Translations under genes and position numbers: made by a program
Assembly: GCA_030683815.1 (NCBI GenBank)
Contig: JAUXPJ010000018.1
Span: 55,410 to 119,409, forward strand
Direction of reading: 5' to 3'
From: Flavobacteriaceae bacterium
GTDB lineage: Bacteria > Bacteroidota > Bacteroidia > Flavobacteriales > Flavobacteriaceae
DNA: 64,000 nucleotides
The notes under the pieces: model-generated
The model's input: the letters and a program-made list of their open reading frames with translations, nothing else
The model's database searches: none
What the model was told of the DNA's origin: nothing
Part shown: piece by piece, positions 52,236 to 62,299 of the stretch
Layout: each line of letters starts with the position of its first letter
Numbering within the stretch: the stretch's first letter is position 1

Positions 52236-54689
52236 TTATGGACAGATAAGTATGCTAACCACATAATTTCGTCCAGGAGAACTGATAGAAGATGCAAACT
52301 CTCTGTAGTGTATATCAAATATATTATCAATTCGGAATGACATTGAAAACTTGTCAGAAAACTGATAATTCGTGTTTAAATTTAACGTGCTCCATTTTGG
52401 AGTTCCGAAATAATTACCGGTTTCAGCAACAATAGGAGTTTGTTCTATATTGTCAATTCCTTCTTCTAAATTATAATCGCTTAATTTTTTGGCAGCGTTA
52501 AATCGGTAATTTAATCCGGTTTGAAATTTGTCGTGACTGTAGTTTACTTCCAAATTACCAAATAGCGGTGGAATGGATGATAAAGGTAATTTTTTGTCAT
52601 AACTTTTTCCTTTGGTATAAGTTAAAGATCCTTTTGTTTTAATTTTTTTTAATAATATTCCATAAAAATTAAAAGTTCCGCCTGTTACATAAGCGTTTTT
52701 ATAGTTGATATTAGCCATCGTTGTAGCTGTTACACCATCATACACTAGAGTGTTTTGACCATTTATTTCAAAAGCACCACGCGCGATATAATTATGAAGA
52801 AGTGTATAGTACGTATTGACGCTTATCAAAAACTTTTTTTCGTTGAGATAGTGCATTATTCCCAGTTCAGAATTATATGCATATTCTGGTTTTAAGTAGA
52901 TGTTCGGAACGGTAACTTGTCCGCTTTTATAGCGAATTTTACCGATATCATCAATGTTAGGAGAACGGAAACCCGATGAAACCAAGGTATTAATTTGCCA
53001 TTTAGCGGATGGTTTATAAATATAGCCAACAGTTGCTGTTACCGCATTATTATCGGTATAAATATTCATATCCGGTAGGGTAATAAATGTATTATCTATC
53101 CAAAGTGCCTTTAAAAAAGTGGAGGTAAATCGGATCCCGGTGTTAAGCGTTGATTTACTGTTAAGATCTTGACGATAATTGGTATATAAAGCGACACTTG
53201 AATAATCACTTCCTCCATCAGGATAACGAGATTGAATCGTAAAATCACTGGTAAATCCGGTTATTTCATTTCCGTTAACAGCTATTTTCCTGCCGATTGC
53301 ATTCGAACTTACTTCATTGTGCGTTAATTCAAATCCGTAAGAAAGATTTCTGTTTTTTGATTTGTTTAACGGAACGGAAAAATCGCCGTTTAAACTGTAA
53401 ACATCTACATTTTCATAACGATAAAATCGATTTAAACTATTCATTCTTCGTTCAATGCGCGATTCTTCAATTTGTTGAAAAGCAAAAATCAAATTACCTT
53501 TTTCCAGCCAATAATAATCCGGATTGAACTGTAAATTGGAAGATGCCAAAAATCGATTTTGTGGTCCATAATATGCTTCTGCATATCGAAGTTTTCCGTT
53601 AGCAGCCTCGGCTAAATTGTCAAAATTTGGAATATCAGATGAAGTTGAATATTGAATATTAAAAGTAACATCCACAGTTTTATTAATCGGAATATAAAAT
53701 TTTTGAAACAGATCTAATTGGTTGTATCCCGTATTTTTTTGCAAATTCGGATTCGGATTTAGCACTCCAACCGGATTGTAAAATGAATTTGTATTATCAG
53801 AATATTGAAACACTTTTCCCCAATTTTCGAAAGTGTGATTTCGTTTTTTACCCATTTTTAAATCACCAAAATCGGAATAAGAAACGGCGGTAAAAGATGC
53901 CCATTTATTAAAGCTGAATTCTAAATCAACATGATTTGTTTTTTCATCATTTACAGAACTGTAACGTGATAAAAAAGTGGTATTTATTGTATTTTTTTTA
54001 TTTATTTCAGGAGTTTTAGTGAAATAATTGATAACACCGCCTAAAGCATCGGATCCGTAGATTACAGAAGAAGGACCATAAATAATTTCGGTGCGCTCCA
54101 AAACCGTAGGAGAAACGGTGATTGAATTTTGCAGATGTCCGGTTCTGTAAATTGCATTATTCATCCGAACTCCATCAACTACTAAAAGAACTCGGTTTGC
54201 CTCCATTCCTCTAATAACGGGACTTCCGCCACCTAATTGTGTTTTTTGAACGCGAATTCCGGGAATTACCGCTAATAAATCGGCACTTGTTTGTGGTGAT
54301 AGTTGATTGATGTTTGAAGAAGTTACAACAGAAACCTGTTCTGCAATGCGTGTTTTCATCTCCGCTCTGCGCGAAACGGATAGAACTACTTCTTCTAATT
54401 GCAATGGTTTTTTATAAAGTTTTACTATATAGTCAATTGATTTTAAGTCCTTTTTAAGTATTTCCAATTCTACAAATCCGATATGATTAAAAGATAAAAT
54501 ATCTGTTTCTTGATATTCAGCAAGATTTGCTTTTCCTTCTTTATTGGTGTGGTTGATAATGGTTCTGTTTTCGTTATAAATCATCACATTTTCAACAGGA
54601 ATTTCAGTGTCAAAATCAACAACTTTAATAATTTGCGAGAAGCTTTTGGCATTAAAAATTATCAGAAGTAAAAATAAAATTTGTTTCAT
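52236..54689 (-). CDS. TonB-dependent receptor with N-terminal carboxypeptidase-regulatory-like domain
   Basis: 817 aa; signal peptide, CarboxypepD_reg-like domain, plug (IRGMEANRVLLVVDGVRMNN) and a large beta-barrel. Confidence 0.9.
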   Translation of the reverse strand: MKQILFLLLIIFNAKSFSQIIKVVDFDTEIPVENVMIYNENRTIINHTNKEGKANLAEYQETDILSFNHIGFVELEILKKDLKSIDYIVKLYKKPLQLEEVVLSVSRRAEMKTRIAEQVSVVTSSNINQLSPQTSADLLAVIPGIRVQKTQLGGGSPVIRGMEANRVLLVVDGVRMNNAIYRTGHLQNSITVSPTVLERTEIIYGPSSVIYGSDALGGVINYFTKTPEINKKNTINTTFLSRYSSVNDEKTNHVDLEFSFNKWASFTAVSYSDFGDLKMGKKRNHTFENWGKVFQYSDNTNSFYNPVGVLNPNPNLQKNTGYNQLDLFQKFYIPINKTVDVTFNIQYSTSSDIPNFDNLAEAANGKLRYAEAYYGPQNRFLASSNLQFNPDYYWLEKGNLIFAFQQIEESRIERRMNSLNRFYRYENVDVYSLNGDFSVPLNKSKNRNLSYGFELTHNEVSSNAIGRKIAVNGNEITGFTSDFTIQSRYPDGGSDYSSVALYTNYRQDLNSKSTLNTGIRFTSTFLKALWIDNTFITLPDMNIYTDNNAVTATVGYIYKPSAKWQINTLVSSGFRSPNIDDIGKIRYKSGQVTVPNIYLKPEYAYNSELGIMHYLNEKKFLISVNTYYTLLHNYIARGAFEINGQNTLVYDGVTATTMANINYKNAYVTGGTFNFYGILLKKIKTKGSLTYTKGKSYDKKLPLSSIPPLFGNLEVNYSHDKFQTGLNYRFNAAKKLSDYNLEEGIDNIEQTPIVAETGNYFGTPKWSTLNLNTNYQFSDKFSMSFRIDNIFDIHYREFASSISSPGRNYVVSILICP

Positions 54690-54692
54690 ATA

Positions 54693-55409
54693 CTATTCAA
54701 AAATTGATTTTAATATGGGAATTGATTTTGGTTTTTTAAATCCGCTTATGTGTAATTCGTAATATTGAATCAAAATGGTTAATAATTGTTGTCTTTTTTG
54801 ACCATTTAATTTCAACTGTTCAATACTATCAAAATTTGTGCCTAATAAATTTTTAAACAACGTTAATTCTTCTTTATTTAACGCTTTCCCAACCGTTAAT
54901 TGGTTTGAAAATTTACCTTCGGATAAATCAAAAAATGGAGCGTCATTTAATTTTGTTTCAGGATAAAATCCTAAATATTTTGTCAAATTTAAAAGAAATA
55001 ATAAATGGAAGTTTGAGGTTTTATCATGCGTATCTAGCCAAGTTAAAGCTGTATTGAGATAATCAAATAATGATTCGTGACTACCCTCCTCTATCAATGC
55101 AACATTTAAAATTTCGGTTAAAAACATCAATATTGTTTGTTTAACAATATTGGTTGGTATAGTTTGATAATGGTAATGAACCCGGACTTCTTTTAATGAG
55201 TTCAAAGTGCCTTTATTGTTGTGATTCGCTTCAATTTCCAACAAGGTCAAAGGTTGAAAAAAAGCAACTTTAAATTTACTTTTACGGCTAAAAGCGCCTT
55301 TAATTAAATACGATTTTATCCCATCTGTTTGGGTGTAAAGTTTTACAATTAAACTTGTATCGCTATACTTTAGGGTGTGAATTACAACTGCTTTGGTTGA
55401 TACAATCAT
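54693..55409 (-). CDS. recO: DNA repair protein RecO
   Basis: 238 aa; N-terminal OB-fold start TKAVVIHTLKYSDTSLIVKLYT, typical of RecO. Confidence 0.88.
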   Translation of the reverse strand: MIVSTKAVVIHTLKYSDTSLIVKLYTQTDGIKSYLIKGAFSRKSKFKVAFFQPLTLLEIEANHNNKGTLNSLKEVRVHYHYQTIPTNIVKQTILMFLTEILNVALIEEGSHESLFDYLNTALTWLDTHDKTSNFHLLFLLNLTKYLGFYPETKLNDAPFFDLSEGKFSNQLTVGKALNKEELTLFKNLLGTNFDSIEQLKLNGQKRQQLLTILIQYYELHISGFKKPKSIPILKSIFE

Positions 55410-57716
55410 TTAATTGATAATTGCAATTTTAACTGATGATGTTTCGGAAGTATCTTCATTGTAAAGTAAAACGATATAAACGCCGGAAGCTACTTTTTTG
55501 CCGTTTAAATTAGTTTTATTCCACACTATTTTTCCACCTTTTAATTCCTGACCCTCAACAACATTGGTTTCATACACTAAATTTCCGGCAGCATCGACAA
55601 TTTTCACATTAGTTCCTTTTGGAATATGAGTTCCGTTTCTGCCGTCAATCGTAACAAATTCATGTTGATTTAAAACAGGATTTGGAAAAGCATAAACTTC
55701 TGTCAATGATTCTCCAAAAGGAACAACACCGCTTTTAAAAGCGACTATTCCCTTATCCGTAGCAAAATATACCTTGCCGGTAACTTTATCAACTTTTATT
55801 TTTAGGATTTTATTGGATGGCAATGGAGAATTGTCTTTGTTAAATAATTGAAGTGTTTTCTTTCCATTTGGATTTGTTTGTATAGCTCCGCCGTTTTCAG
55901 CTCCAAACCATTTATTATCAGCACCATCAATAGAGATAGAATTGATGGTTTGTTCGCCCATTAATCGTTTAGGAATCCCTTCATCATCAATGATAATGGG
56001 TTCCGCGTCATAAATTGCAGCATCAAAAAAACCGGAAGCATTATTATAAACAACCAAACCTTTTAGCGTTCCTAACCAAATGCGGTTGTTGTTATCAACG
56101 GCAACCGTTCTTACGTTTAAATCTGGTAAAGAACCTTTAGTTTGCTCGGTTGTAAGCGATTTTTTTTTGTTTCCATTTTCATTAAAAGCGAGCACTCCGT
56201 TTCTCCGAGTTCCAATCCAAACGGTATTATTTTTATCAATCACTAATTCATTTAATCCCAAAGCTGGATTTTGTATCAGTGAACTTAAATCAAAGCTGCT
56301 CCAAACACCCTTAGAACTGTATTTTTTCAATCGTTTATCAACCCAGGCATTTGCAATCCATAAATTGCCTTGTTTATCAAATGCAGAACCATTGATACGG
56401 ATACTGATATAATTGGGGTCTGACGGAAAATCTAATTTCTCTAATCCGCTATTTAAATGATTCCAATGGGTTTTTACAATATCGTCTTCTACTATCAACA
56501 TTCCATCATGCCAAGAACTTAAAAATGCTTTATTTTCATTATTGGGATCAAGTGTTACATGCACTAAATTACGAGCTGGATAAGTAACATTATAAGGGAT
56601 ATTTTTCCAACGGCTGCCATTAAAATGACTAAATCCAAATTGATTTAAAAAAGGTGTGTACGAAGTGTCATAACCTCCATAAACCACATAAAGATGATTA
56701 TTTCTGGCTTCTATCGAAAAAACTTGATTGGAGTTTGGACCATCGGGATGAATTTCCGTAAAATTTTGCGGTAATTGTATTTGAGATTCTAGAATACCGA
56801 ATTCTTTGGTTCCGAGATAAATGTTATTGTCTGAAACAAAAGCTGTATTTAAATCAAAATAAAAATTACTATTTGAAACAGCTAAAGGAGCTGCAACTTG
56901 CGTTAAACCGGTGTTGTAAACAAATGCCTGTCTTTGTGTAGAAACTGTTATAAATGCATCATTTGCCTGTATTTGTCTTATATTTGTTGATAAGATTTTA
57001 GCAGTTACAAATGTATTAGATGGAGTAATTTTAGATAAAACATTGCTGTTCGAAGTGAACATTTCATTGTTAAATTGCTTAATTGCTACATAATTTCCGG
57101 TTCCAAAACGAGTCCATTGCGTAAAATCAATCAGATTTGGATTGTTAACAGCCGCTTTATAAATACCGTTTTCTGTTGCTGCATAAATCATATTTTGAAA
57201 TATTTCAATCTGATTTACTTTCGTCATTGAAGCGTTGTTGGCGATGAAAAAAGTTTCGCCAAACTCCAATTTTTGCAAATCAAAAACTACAATGGCAAAT
57301 GAAGTACTTATATATAATTTTCCTTGAAATTCTGTAATATGGTTTATCCTTTTATCTGCCGCCAAACCAAAGCTGATGATATTATTTGCAATCGTTATTT
57401 TTTTATTTTCATCCACAATTTCCAGTCCGCCATTATCATAACCAATAATTAATTTTTTAACGATTGGGCTGTAATAAATAGCCGATGTTGTGGTACCCGA
57501 TAAACCATTTATCGATGATAGTTTTGATATTTCTTTTAAATTAGTATCATAAATAAAAACGGCATTATCACATAAAGCATATATTTTTTGGTCAACTTTG
57601 ACAATGTCTTTAACATTATTATACGAATAAAAATCTTCCCAAGTTGCGCTATAATCAACTTGAGAATACAAAAACTGTACTCCGATTAAACACAATAAAA
57701 CTAAAATATTTTTCAT
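55410..57716 (-). CDS. Double beta-propeller protein with T9SS C-terminal sorting domain (PorZ-like)
   Basis: Signal peptide; Reg_prop-type repeats (NNTVWIGTRRNGVLAF, NNRIWLGTLKGLVVY, GKVYFATDKGIVAF); C-terminal VYAFPNPV...GVYIVLLYNEDTSETSSVKIAIIN T9SS CTD; size matches PorZ. Confidence 0.55.
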   Translation of the reverse strand: MKNILVLLCLIGVQFLYSQVDYSATWEDFYSYNNVKDIVKVDQKIYALCDNAVFIYDTNLKEISKLSSINGLSGTTTSAIYYSPIVKKLIIGYDNGGLEIVDENKKITIANNIISFGLAADKRINHITEFQGKLYISTSFAIVVFDLQKLEFGETFFIANNASMTKVNQIEIFQNMIYAATENGIYKAAVNNPNLIDFTQWTRFGTGNYVAIKQFNNEMFTSNSNVLSKITPSNTFVTAKILSTNIRQIQANDAFITVSTQRQAFVYNTGLTQVAAPLAVSNSNFYFDLNTAFVSDNNIYLGTKEFGILESQIQLPQNFTEIHPDGPNSNQVFSIEARNNHLYVVYGGYDTSYTPFLNQFGFSHFNGSRWKNIPYNVTYPARNLVHVTLDPNNENKAFLSSWHDGMLIVEDDIVKTHWNHLNSGLEKLDFPSDPNYISIRINGSAFDKQGNLWIANAWVDKRLKKYSSKGVWSSFDLSSLIQNPALGLNELVIDKNNTVWIGTRRNGVLAFNENGNKKKSLTTEQTKGSLPDLNVRTVAVDNNNRIWLGTLKGLVVYNNASGFFDAAIYDAEPIIIDDEGIPKRLMGEQTINSISIDGADNKWFGAENGGAIQTNPNGKKTLQLFNKDNSPLPSNKILKIKVDKVTGKVYFATDKGIVAFKSGVVPFGESLTEVYAFPNPVLNQHEFVTIDGRNGTHIPKGTNVKIVDAAGNLVYETNVVEGQELKGGKIVWNKTNLNGKKVASGVYIVLLYNEDTSETSSVKIAIIN

Positions 57717-57799
57717 CTATAATGCACTTTGTAACCTTCAAATATATCCAATATTATTGTAATAAGAAAAATGCTACCTTCGCATTAAATAATCTTCCA

Positions 57800-58273
57800 A
57801 TGCTTCAGGAAATTGAACGAAAATTTTTAGTGATCAATTCCTCTTTCAAAGAGGATTTTTTCAAAAAAACATACATCAAACAAGGGTTTTTAAATTCTGA
57901 TAAAAATAGGACTGTTCGTGTTAGAATTACTGATAATCACGGATTTATAACCGTAAAGGGCGTTTCTGACCAAAATGGAACAACGCGATTTGAATGGGAA
58001 AAAGAAATCGATTTAAAAGAAGCTTCTCAGCTTTTTTCTTTGTGTGAAGATGGAATTATTGAAAAGGATCGATTTTATATCAATGTTGGAAATCATATTT
58101 TTGAAGTTGATGTGTTTTTAGGTGATAATCTCGGATTGGTAATTGCTGAAATTGAGCTTAAAAACGAAAATGATTTCTTTGAGAAACCAAATTGGATTGG
58201 AGAAGAAGTTACAGGGGATGTGAAATATTACAATTCAGTTCTTAGCAAGAATCCTTATAAAAATTGGAAATAA
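57800..58273 (+). CDS. CYTH domain protein (CyaB/ThTPase-like triphosphate tunnel enzyme)
   Basis: Starts MLQEIERKFLV (the EXEXK signature of CYTH). Start placed at ATG 57800, not the maximal ORF, which would overlap the porZ-like gene. Confidence 0.85.
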   Translation: MLQEIERKFLVINSSFKEDFFKKTYIKQGFLNSDKNRTVRVRITDNHGFITVKGVSDQNGTTRFEWEKEIDLKEASQLFSLCEDGIIEKDRFYINVGNHIFEVDVFLGDNLGLVIAEIELKNENDFFEKPNWIGEEVTGDVKYYNSVLSKNPYKNWK

Positions 58274-59617
58274 TCAGTTCATTTTAACAATTGGAAACAT
58301 CAAGGTAACTTTGGTTCCTGTGACATTTTTGGTTGAAATATCTTCAATATTGATAAAAGTATCTTTATCTTTAAAAAGCGTTCGAATTCTAACATCAGTT
58401 GCTTTTGTGGCAAAACCAACTCTTTCATCTCTTTTAATTTCAGCTTGTTCTTTAGTTCTATCATAGCCAATTCCATTATCAATAATTTCAAATTTTATTA
58501 ATTCATTACTCTTTGAAATCAACAAATCAATTTTTTTATCACCTTCAATATGGGTTAATCCGTGCCAAATGGCATTTTCTACATAAGGTTGTAAAAACAA
58601 TGGCGGAACTTTAATTATCTCTGGATTTATAGAGGAATCTATTTCTACATTATACGCAAAACCTCCATCAATTCTGATGTTTTCCAATAAAACATAAATT
58701 TTTAAATTACTCAATTCTTCGGCAAGTGAAATGGTATTTTTAGATGAATTTTTTAAAATTTCTCTAATTAATTTAGAAAATTTAGTAATATAATCGGAAG
58801 CTTTTTCCACTTGACTTTTAATGATAAAATTGTTGATTGAATTTAATGAATTGAATAAAAAGTGAGGATTCATTTGGCTTTGAAGCGCCGTCATTTTAAG
58901 TTCAGAGGTTTCTGCTATTTGTTTGGATAACTCCATTTCTGAAATAATTCTGTTTTCTTCTAATTCTTTAATTCTAAATCCGATGATTGCAGCAATCATA
59001 ACTATTTTCAGTACTCCACCCACAAAAAAGAAAACCATTGGGTCAATTTTAATGCTCTCTAAGAACTGTTTAAAACCCGATATGAAAAACCCTGCATAGG
59101 TAATAATTAACAAACTGTAAAATATTGTTGAGAAACCTATAAATAACCTAACGTGAGATCCTTTTATTTTAAAGAATTTTATATACGATATGAAATTAAA
59201 AGCGAATAAAAATGGTAAAGAATAATAATAAATTGCTTGTTGTGTTTTAAAATCAATGACTAAATTAATAACGACAAAAGTTAAACTTAAAACCAATAAA
59301 ACTTTAATTGCAAGACTCAACCATTTGTCCCATTTAACTAAAAATACATTTGTTTGTAGTAACTCTCTTGAAAAAACGATATAAGTTGCAAACGTTACGT
59401 ATTGTAGCGGATAATTTAAATAACTAAATACTCCTGTTGAAATATCATCTACAAGTAAACTTCTTAAGAAGAATATAAAAAGCAATAAAGAATAAAGACT
59501 GAAATATAAATATAGTTTGCGTCTGTTTTGAAAATAAATGATAATATGATAAAGAAAAACAACAAGCAGCGCTCCTCTAATTGCAGAGTATAGTTCAGAA
59601 TCAAATTGGGTAAACAT
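58274..59617 (-). CDS. LytS/YehU-type sensor histidine kinase with 7TM (7TMR-DISM-like) input, paralogue 1
   Basis: Seven N-terminal TM helices, His_kinase motif QMNPHFLFNSLNSINNFI, HATPase_c (IIDNGIGY...GTKVTLMFP). Confidence 0.85.
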   Translation of the reverse strand: MFTQFDSELYSAIRGALLVVFLYHIIIYFQNRRKLYLYFSLYSLLLFIFFLRSLLVDDISTGVFSYLNYPLQYVTFATYIVFSRELLQTNVFLVKWDKWLSLAIKVLLVLSLTFVVINLVIDFKTQQAIYYYSLPFLFAFNFISYIKFFKIKGSHVRLFIGFSTIFYSLLIITYAGFFISGFKQFLESIKIDPMVFFFVGGVLKIVMIAAIIGFRIKELEENRIISEMELSKQIAETSELKMTALQSQMNPHFLFNSLNSINNFIIKSQVEKASDYITKFSKLIREILKNSSKNTISLAEELSNLKIYVLLENIRIDGGFAYNVEIDSSINPEIIKVPPLFLQPYVENAIWHGLTHIEGDKKIDLLISKSNELIKFEIIDNGIGYDRTKEQAEIKRDERVGFATKATDVRIRTLFKDKDTFINIEDISTKNVTGTKVTLMFPIVKMN

Positions 59618-59623
59618 AAAAGG

Positions 59624-60382
59624 TTAGTCTAAATATAATTTCTGGAATAACTCTGCTTTTTTACTTCTACTAATACTAGCAGTTTTGCCATTACTCATAA
59701 TTAATTCGCCACCCAACCCTTTGAGATATTCTTTTACGTGGTCTAAATTGATTAGATAAGAATTATGGACACGGTAAAATCGCGGAAATTGGAAACTTTT
59801 TTCTACTTCCTTTAAGGTTTTTGAAACAACTATTTCTTGACCATTGTTAAGATAAATGGTTGTATAACTTTTATCTGCCTCCATCATTACCACTTCTTCT
59901 TTCTCTAACAAATAAACTTTTCCGTCTGCCGAAATATGAATTTTCTCTGTATTAGCGCCTCCTGTACTTAAATTATTGAGCAACATTTGAAGCTTGTTTT
60001 CTAATATATTTTCTTCTTTTGGCACTTCAGTTGTTAATTTTACTTTTTCTACGGCGGCAATCAATTCATCTTTATCAACAGGTTTTAGCAAATAATCAAC
60101 GGCAGATACTTTGAAAGCTTTTATAGCAAACTCATTGTGGGCAGTGGTAAAAATAAGATTGAAATTTCTATGAGACAATTTATCTAAAAAAGTAAAACCA
60201 TCCATTTCTGGCATATGAATGTCTAAAAATACAATGTCTGGTTTAATTTCATTGATAAGTGTTAAAGCTTTTATAGGAGAATTACACAAAGTAACATCTA
60301 CCTCCTTGATGTACGTTTTTAGTTTCCATTCTAGCGCTTCAAGAGCATCTTTTTCGTCGTCAATTATTAAAACTTTATACAT
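59624..60382 (-). CDS. LytTR family response regulator
   Basis: Receiver (IIDDEKD...FLDIHMPEMDG...YLLKP) plus C-terminal LytTR domain (FYRVHNSYLINLDHV). Confidence 0.9.
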   Translation of the reverse strand: MYKVLIIDDEKDALEALEWKLKTYIKEVDVTLCNSPIKALTLINEIKPDIVFLDIHMPEMDGFTFLDKLSHRNFNLIFTTAHNEFAIKAFKVSAVDYLLKPVDKDELIAAVEKVKLTTEVPKEENILENKLQMLLNNLSTGGANTEKIHISADGKVYLLEKEEVVMMEADKSYTTIYLNNGQEIVVSKTLKEVEKSFQFPRFYRVHNSYLINLDHVKEYLKGLGGELIMSNGKTASISRSKKAELFQKLYLD

Positions 60383-60689
60383 TTTTTATGGGTAATTTAA
60401 TGTTCTTCCTTTCAAATTTATAAATTTTCTTTAGATTTCCATATCAATCTGTTGATGATAATTAAATATTTTAAATATGTTTTGTCTATATATTTGATTA
60501 ATAGTTCTTTATATTTAATTGAAAAGAGGAATTATTACTAAAATATTTGCTAAAATATACTATTTTATATCAAAAACTACTTTTTATTGAAATCAATTGA
60601 GGTAAAAATAATCAGAAAATTTAATTTAATTTATAAATTAATGAATAGAAATTAAATGTGAATGGTAAATTTTTAGGAATAATTGGTAA

Positions 60690-62021
60690 TCATCCTTCAA
60701 TCGGAAATTTAAAAGTCACTTTAGTTCCAGTTGTTGTTTCGTTGGTTAAGTCTTCAATAACAACATCAGTTATTTTATTTTTATATAAACTTTGCAAACG
60801 ATTTTTTACAATTTGCACTGCAATGCCTGAACTTTTAACCAATCTTTTTTGAGCCATTTCTATTCCTTTTTGATAACCAATACCATTATCAATAACTTCT
60901 AACAAATAAAATTCAGCGTCTTTTCTTAATTTTAAAGTCAACTTTTTTTCGCCTTTATGATGTGCTAAACCGTGCCAAATAGCATTTTCTATAAAAGGCT
61001 GTAAAAACATGGGCGGAATTTGTATAAAATTTGGACTAATATTATCTTCTATAATTACTTCATACGTAAATCCGCCATCTACTCTGGCTTGTTCTAAAAT
61101 GACATAGAGCTTTATAATATTGAACTCATCAGCCAAAGACATTTGGGTTTTTCTTGAACTGTTGAGAATTTCTCTAATAAATCTGGAAAATTTAGTGATA
61201 TAATCGGAAGCATTTTCAATTTCATTTTTTATAATCAAACTGTTAATGCTATTTAACATATTGAATATAAAATGTGGATTCATTTGGCTCTTCAACATTT
61301 CCATTCTAAGCTCTTCTGTTTCCGCTACTTGTCTTACTAATTTGAGGTTTATGGCTACTTCTTCATTTTCCATAGAGGTAATTCTAAATCCTAACATAAC
61401 AGCAAATACAAACATCTCAATAGTTGCACCAAAATAAATGAAAGTTTGCTCGTGAATTCCTTGAGATTGAAAATAGTATTTCAATTCTGATGAGGCCGCA
61501 AAAATGGAAAAAGCAGATAAAATAAGAAGTGTGACGGTTCCTAAAACGAATAGTGTTGATAAAACAAATTTAGACTTTTTAATTTTTTGATGTGTTGCTA
61601 ATACACCATAAATTACCGCTAATAATAATATTAAATTGAGTACAAGGAAACTGTTTTTACTGATAAAAAACTGACTTATATAAGTTAACAGCGATAAAAT
61701 AAATAAATATTTTGCCGTTTTTTTGAGCGTTTTGTCCCAATTAGGGATTACTTTTTTAAGGCTGAGTACTTCTCTGGAGAAATGAAAATAAATACAAATA
61801 ACAACGTAAAGTTGGGGTAATGAAATTAGTAAAATGGTGTTTTCATTCGAAAATCTACTATTCAAGAAAATTAGATTAGTAACAAAAAGCAACGCATAAA
61901 TACTATAGTATAAAAAAAGCTTTTGCCTATTATTTATATATAATAAAGTATGAAATACAAAGAGCACCATCAGCGCACCACGAACCCAGGAAAAAAACTC
62001 TGAATTTAAATCTGAAAACAT
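60690..62021 (-). CDS. LytS/YehU-type 7TM sensor histidine kinase, paralogue 2 (no adjacent regulator)
   Basis: Same architecture as paralogue 1; QMNPHFIFNMLNSINSLI; VIDNGIGY...GTKVTFKFP. Confidence 0.85.
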   Translation of the reverse strand: MFSDLNSEFFSWVRGALMVLFVFHTLLYINNRQKLFLYYSIYALLFVTNLIFLNSRFSNENTILLISLPQLYVVICIYFHFSREVLSLKKVIPNWDKTLKKTAKYLFILSLLTYISQFFISKNSFLVLNLILLLAVIYGVLATHQKIKKSKFVLSTLFVLGTVTLLILSAFSIFAASSELKYYFQSQGIHEQTFIYFGATIEMFVFAVMLGFRITSMENEEVAINLKLVRQVAETEELRMEMLKSQMNPHFIFNMLNSINSLIIKNEIENASDYITKFSRFIREILNSSRKTQMSLADEFNIIKLYVILEQARVDGGFTYEVIIEDNISPNFIQIPPMFLQPFIENAIWHGLAHHKGEKKLTLKLRKDAEFYLLEVIDNGIGYQKGIEMAQKRLVKSSGIAVQIVKNRLQSLYKNKITDVVIEDLTNETTTGTKVTFKFPIEG

Positions 62022-62123
62022 TAAGAGGGTGTTATTAAGCTTTAAATTTATTGATTCAAATGTAACATTCTTTTAGTATATTTTATACCAATCAAAAAAT
62101 ATTTTTTATTTATACGTTATTTT

Positions 62124-62160
62124 AAAAAAGATACCCCGGACTTAAGAAAGTCCGGGGTAT
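62124..62160 (-). terminator. Intrinsic terminator downstream of kinase paralogue 3
   Basis: 12-bp perfect stem ATACCCCGGACT/AGTCCGGGGTAT with a 6-nt loop, followed on the minus strand by CTTTTTT. Confidence 0.75.
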
Positions 62161-62299
62161 AAATAAACCACCCCAAAAGATTTATTTTAATATTAAGATA
62201 ACCCAAATATACGACATAAACTTTTATTTTATTATTTGAAATTCATTCAAAAACTAAAAAATTTGCATTTGGTGAGTTTTAACAAACAAATGGTATCAT

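Noticed and set aside
52236-52275. The TonB-dependent receptor ends ...GRNYVVSILICP instead of with the usual terminal aromatic residue. An alternative frame reads ..AYLSVHKFIK, suggesting a 3' frameshift.
   Set aside because: The in-frame C-terminus has the same length after the GRN motif as typical receptors, while the alternative frame would be longer and would not end on Phe. This is more likely a divergent but intact last strand. It cannot be resolved without alignment.
56160-56168. Homopolymer runs of about nine A/T inside coding regions (porZ-like gene here, NrfD-like gene near 46560) as phase-variation switches
   Set aside because: Both ORFs are intact, and the runs simply encode Lys-Lys-Lys, which is common in AT-rich genomes. 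My hand count of run length proved unreliable when checked against the ORF translations. There is no evidence of variability.
56080-56412. 110-aa plus-strand ORF inside the porZ-like gene, with similar antisense or overlapping ORFs at 710-943, 1336-1563, 2892-3116, 9378-9883, 17701-19863 (several), 25416-25607, 28355-28603, 32375-33097, 43511-43789 and 45156-45389
   Set aside because: All are embedded in longer ORFs with clear family signatures on the other strand or frame, and none has a recognisable domain. I treat them as spurious.
62131-62160. AAGAAAGTCCGGGG resembles the conserved GGAAAGUCCGGGC core of RNase P RNA
   Set aside because: The match is one arm of a simple 12-bp perfect hairpin. 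The surrounding 278-nt spacer is AT-rich and too short, and it lacks the other conserved RNase P RNA regions. The hairpin is better explained as a terminator.
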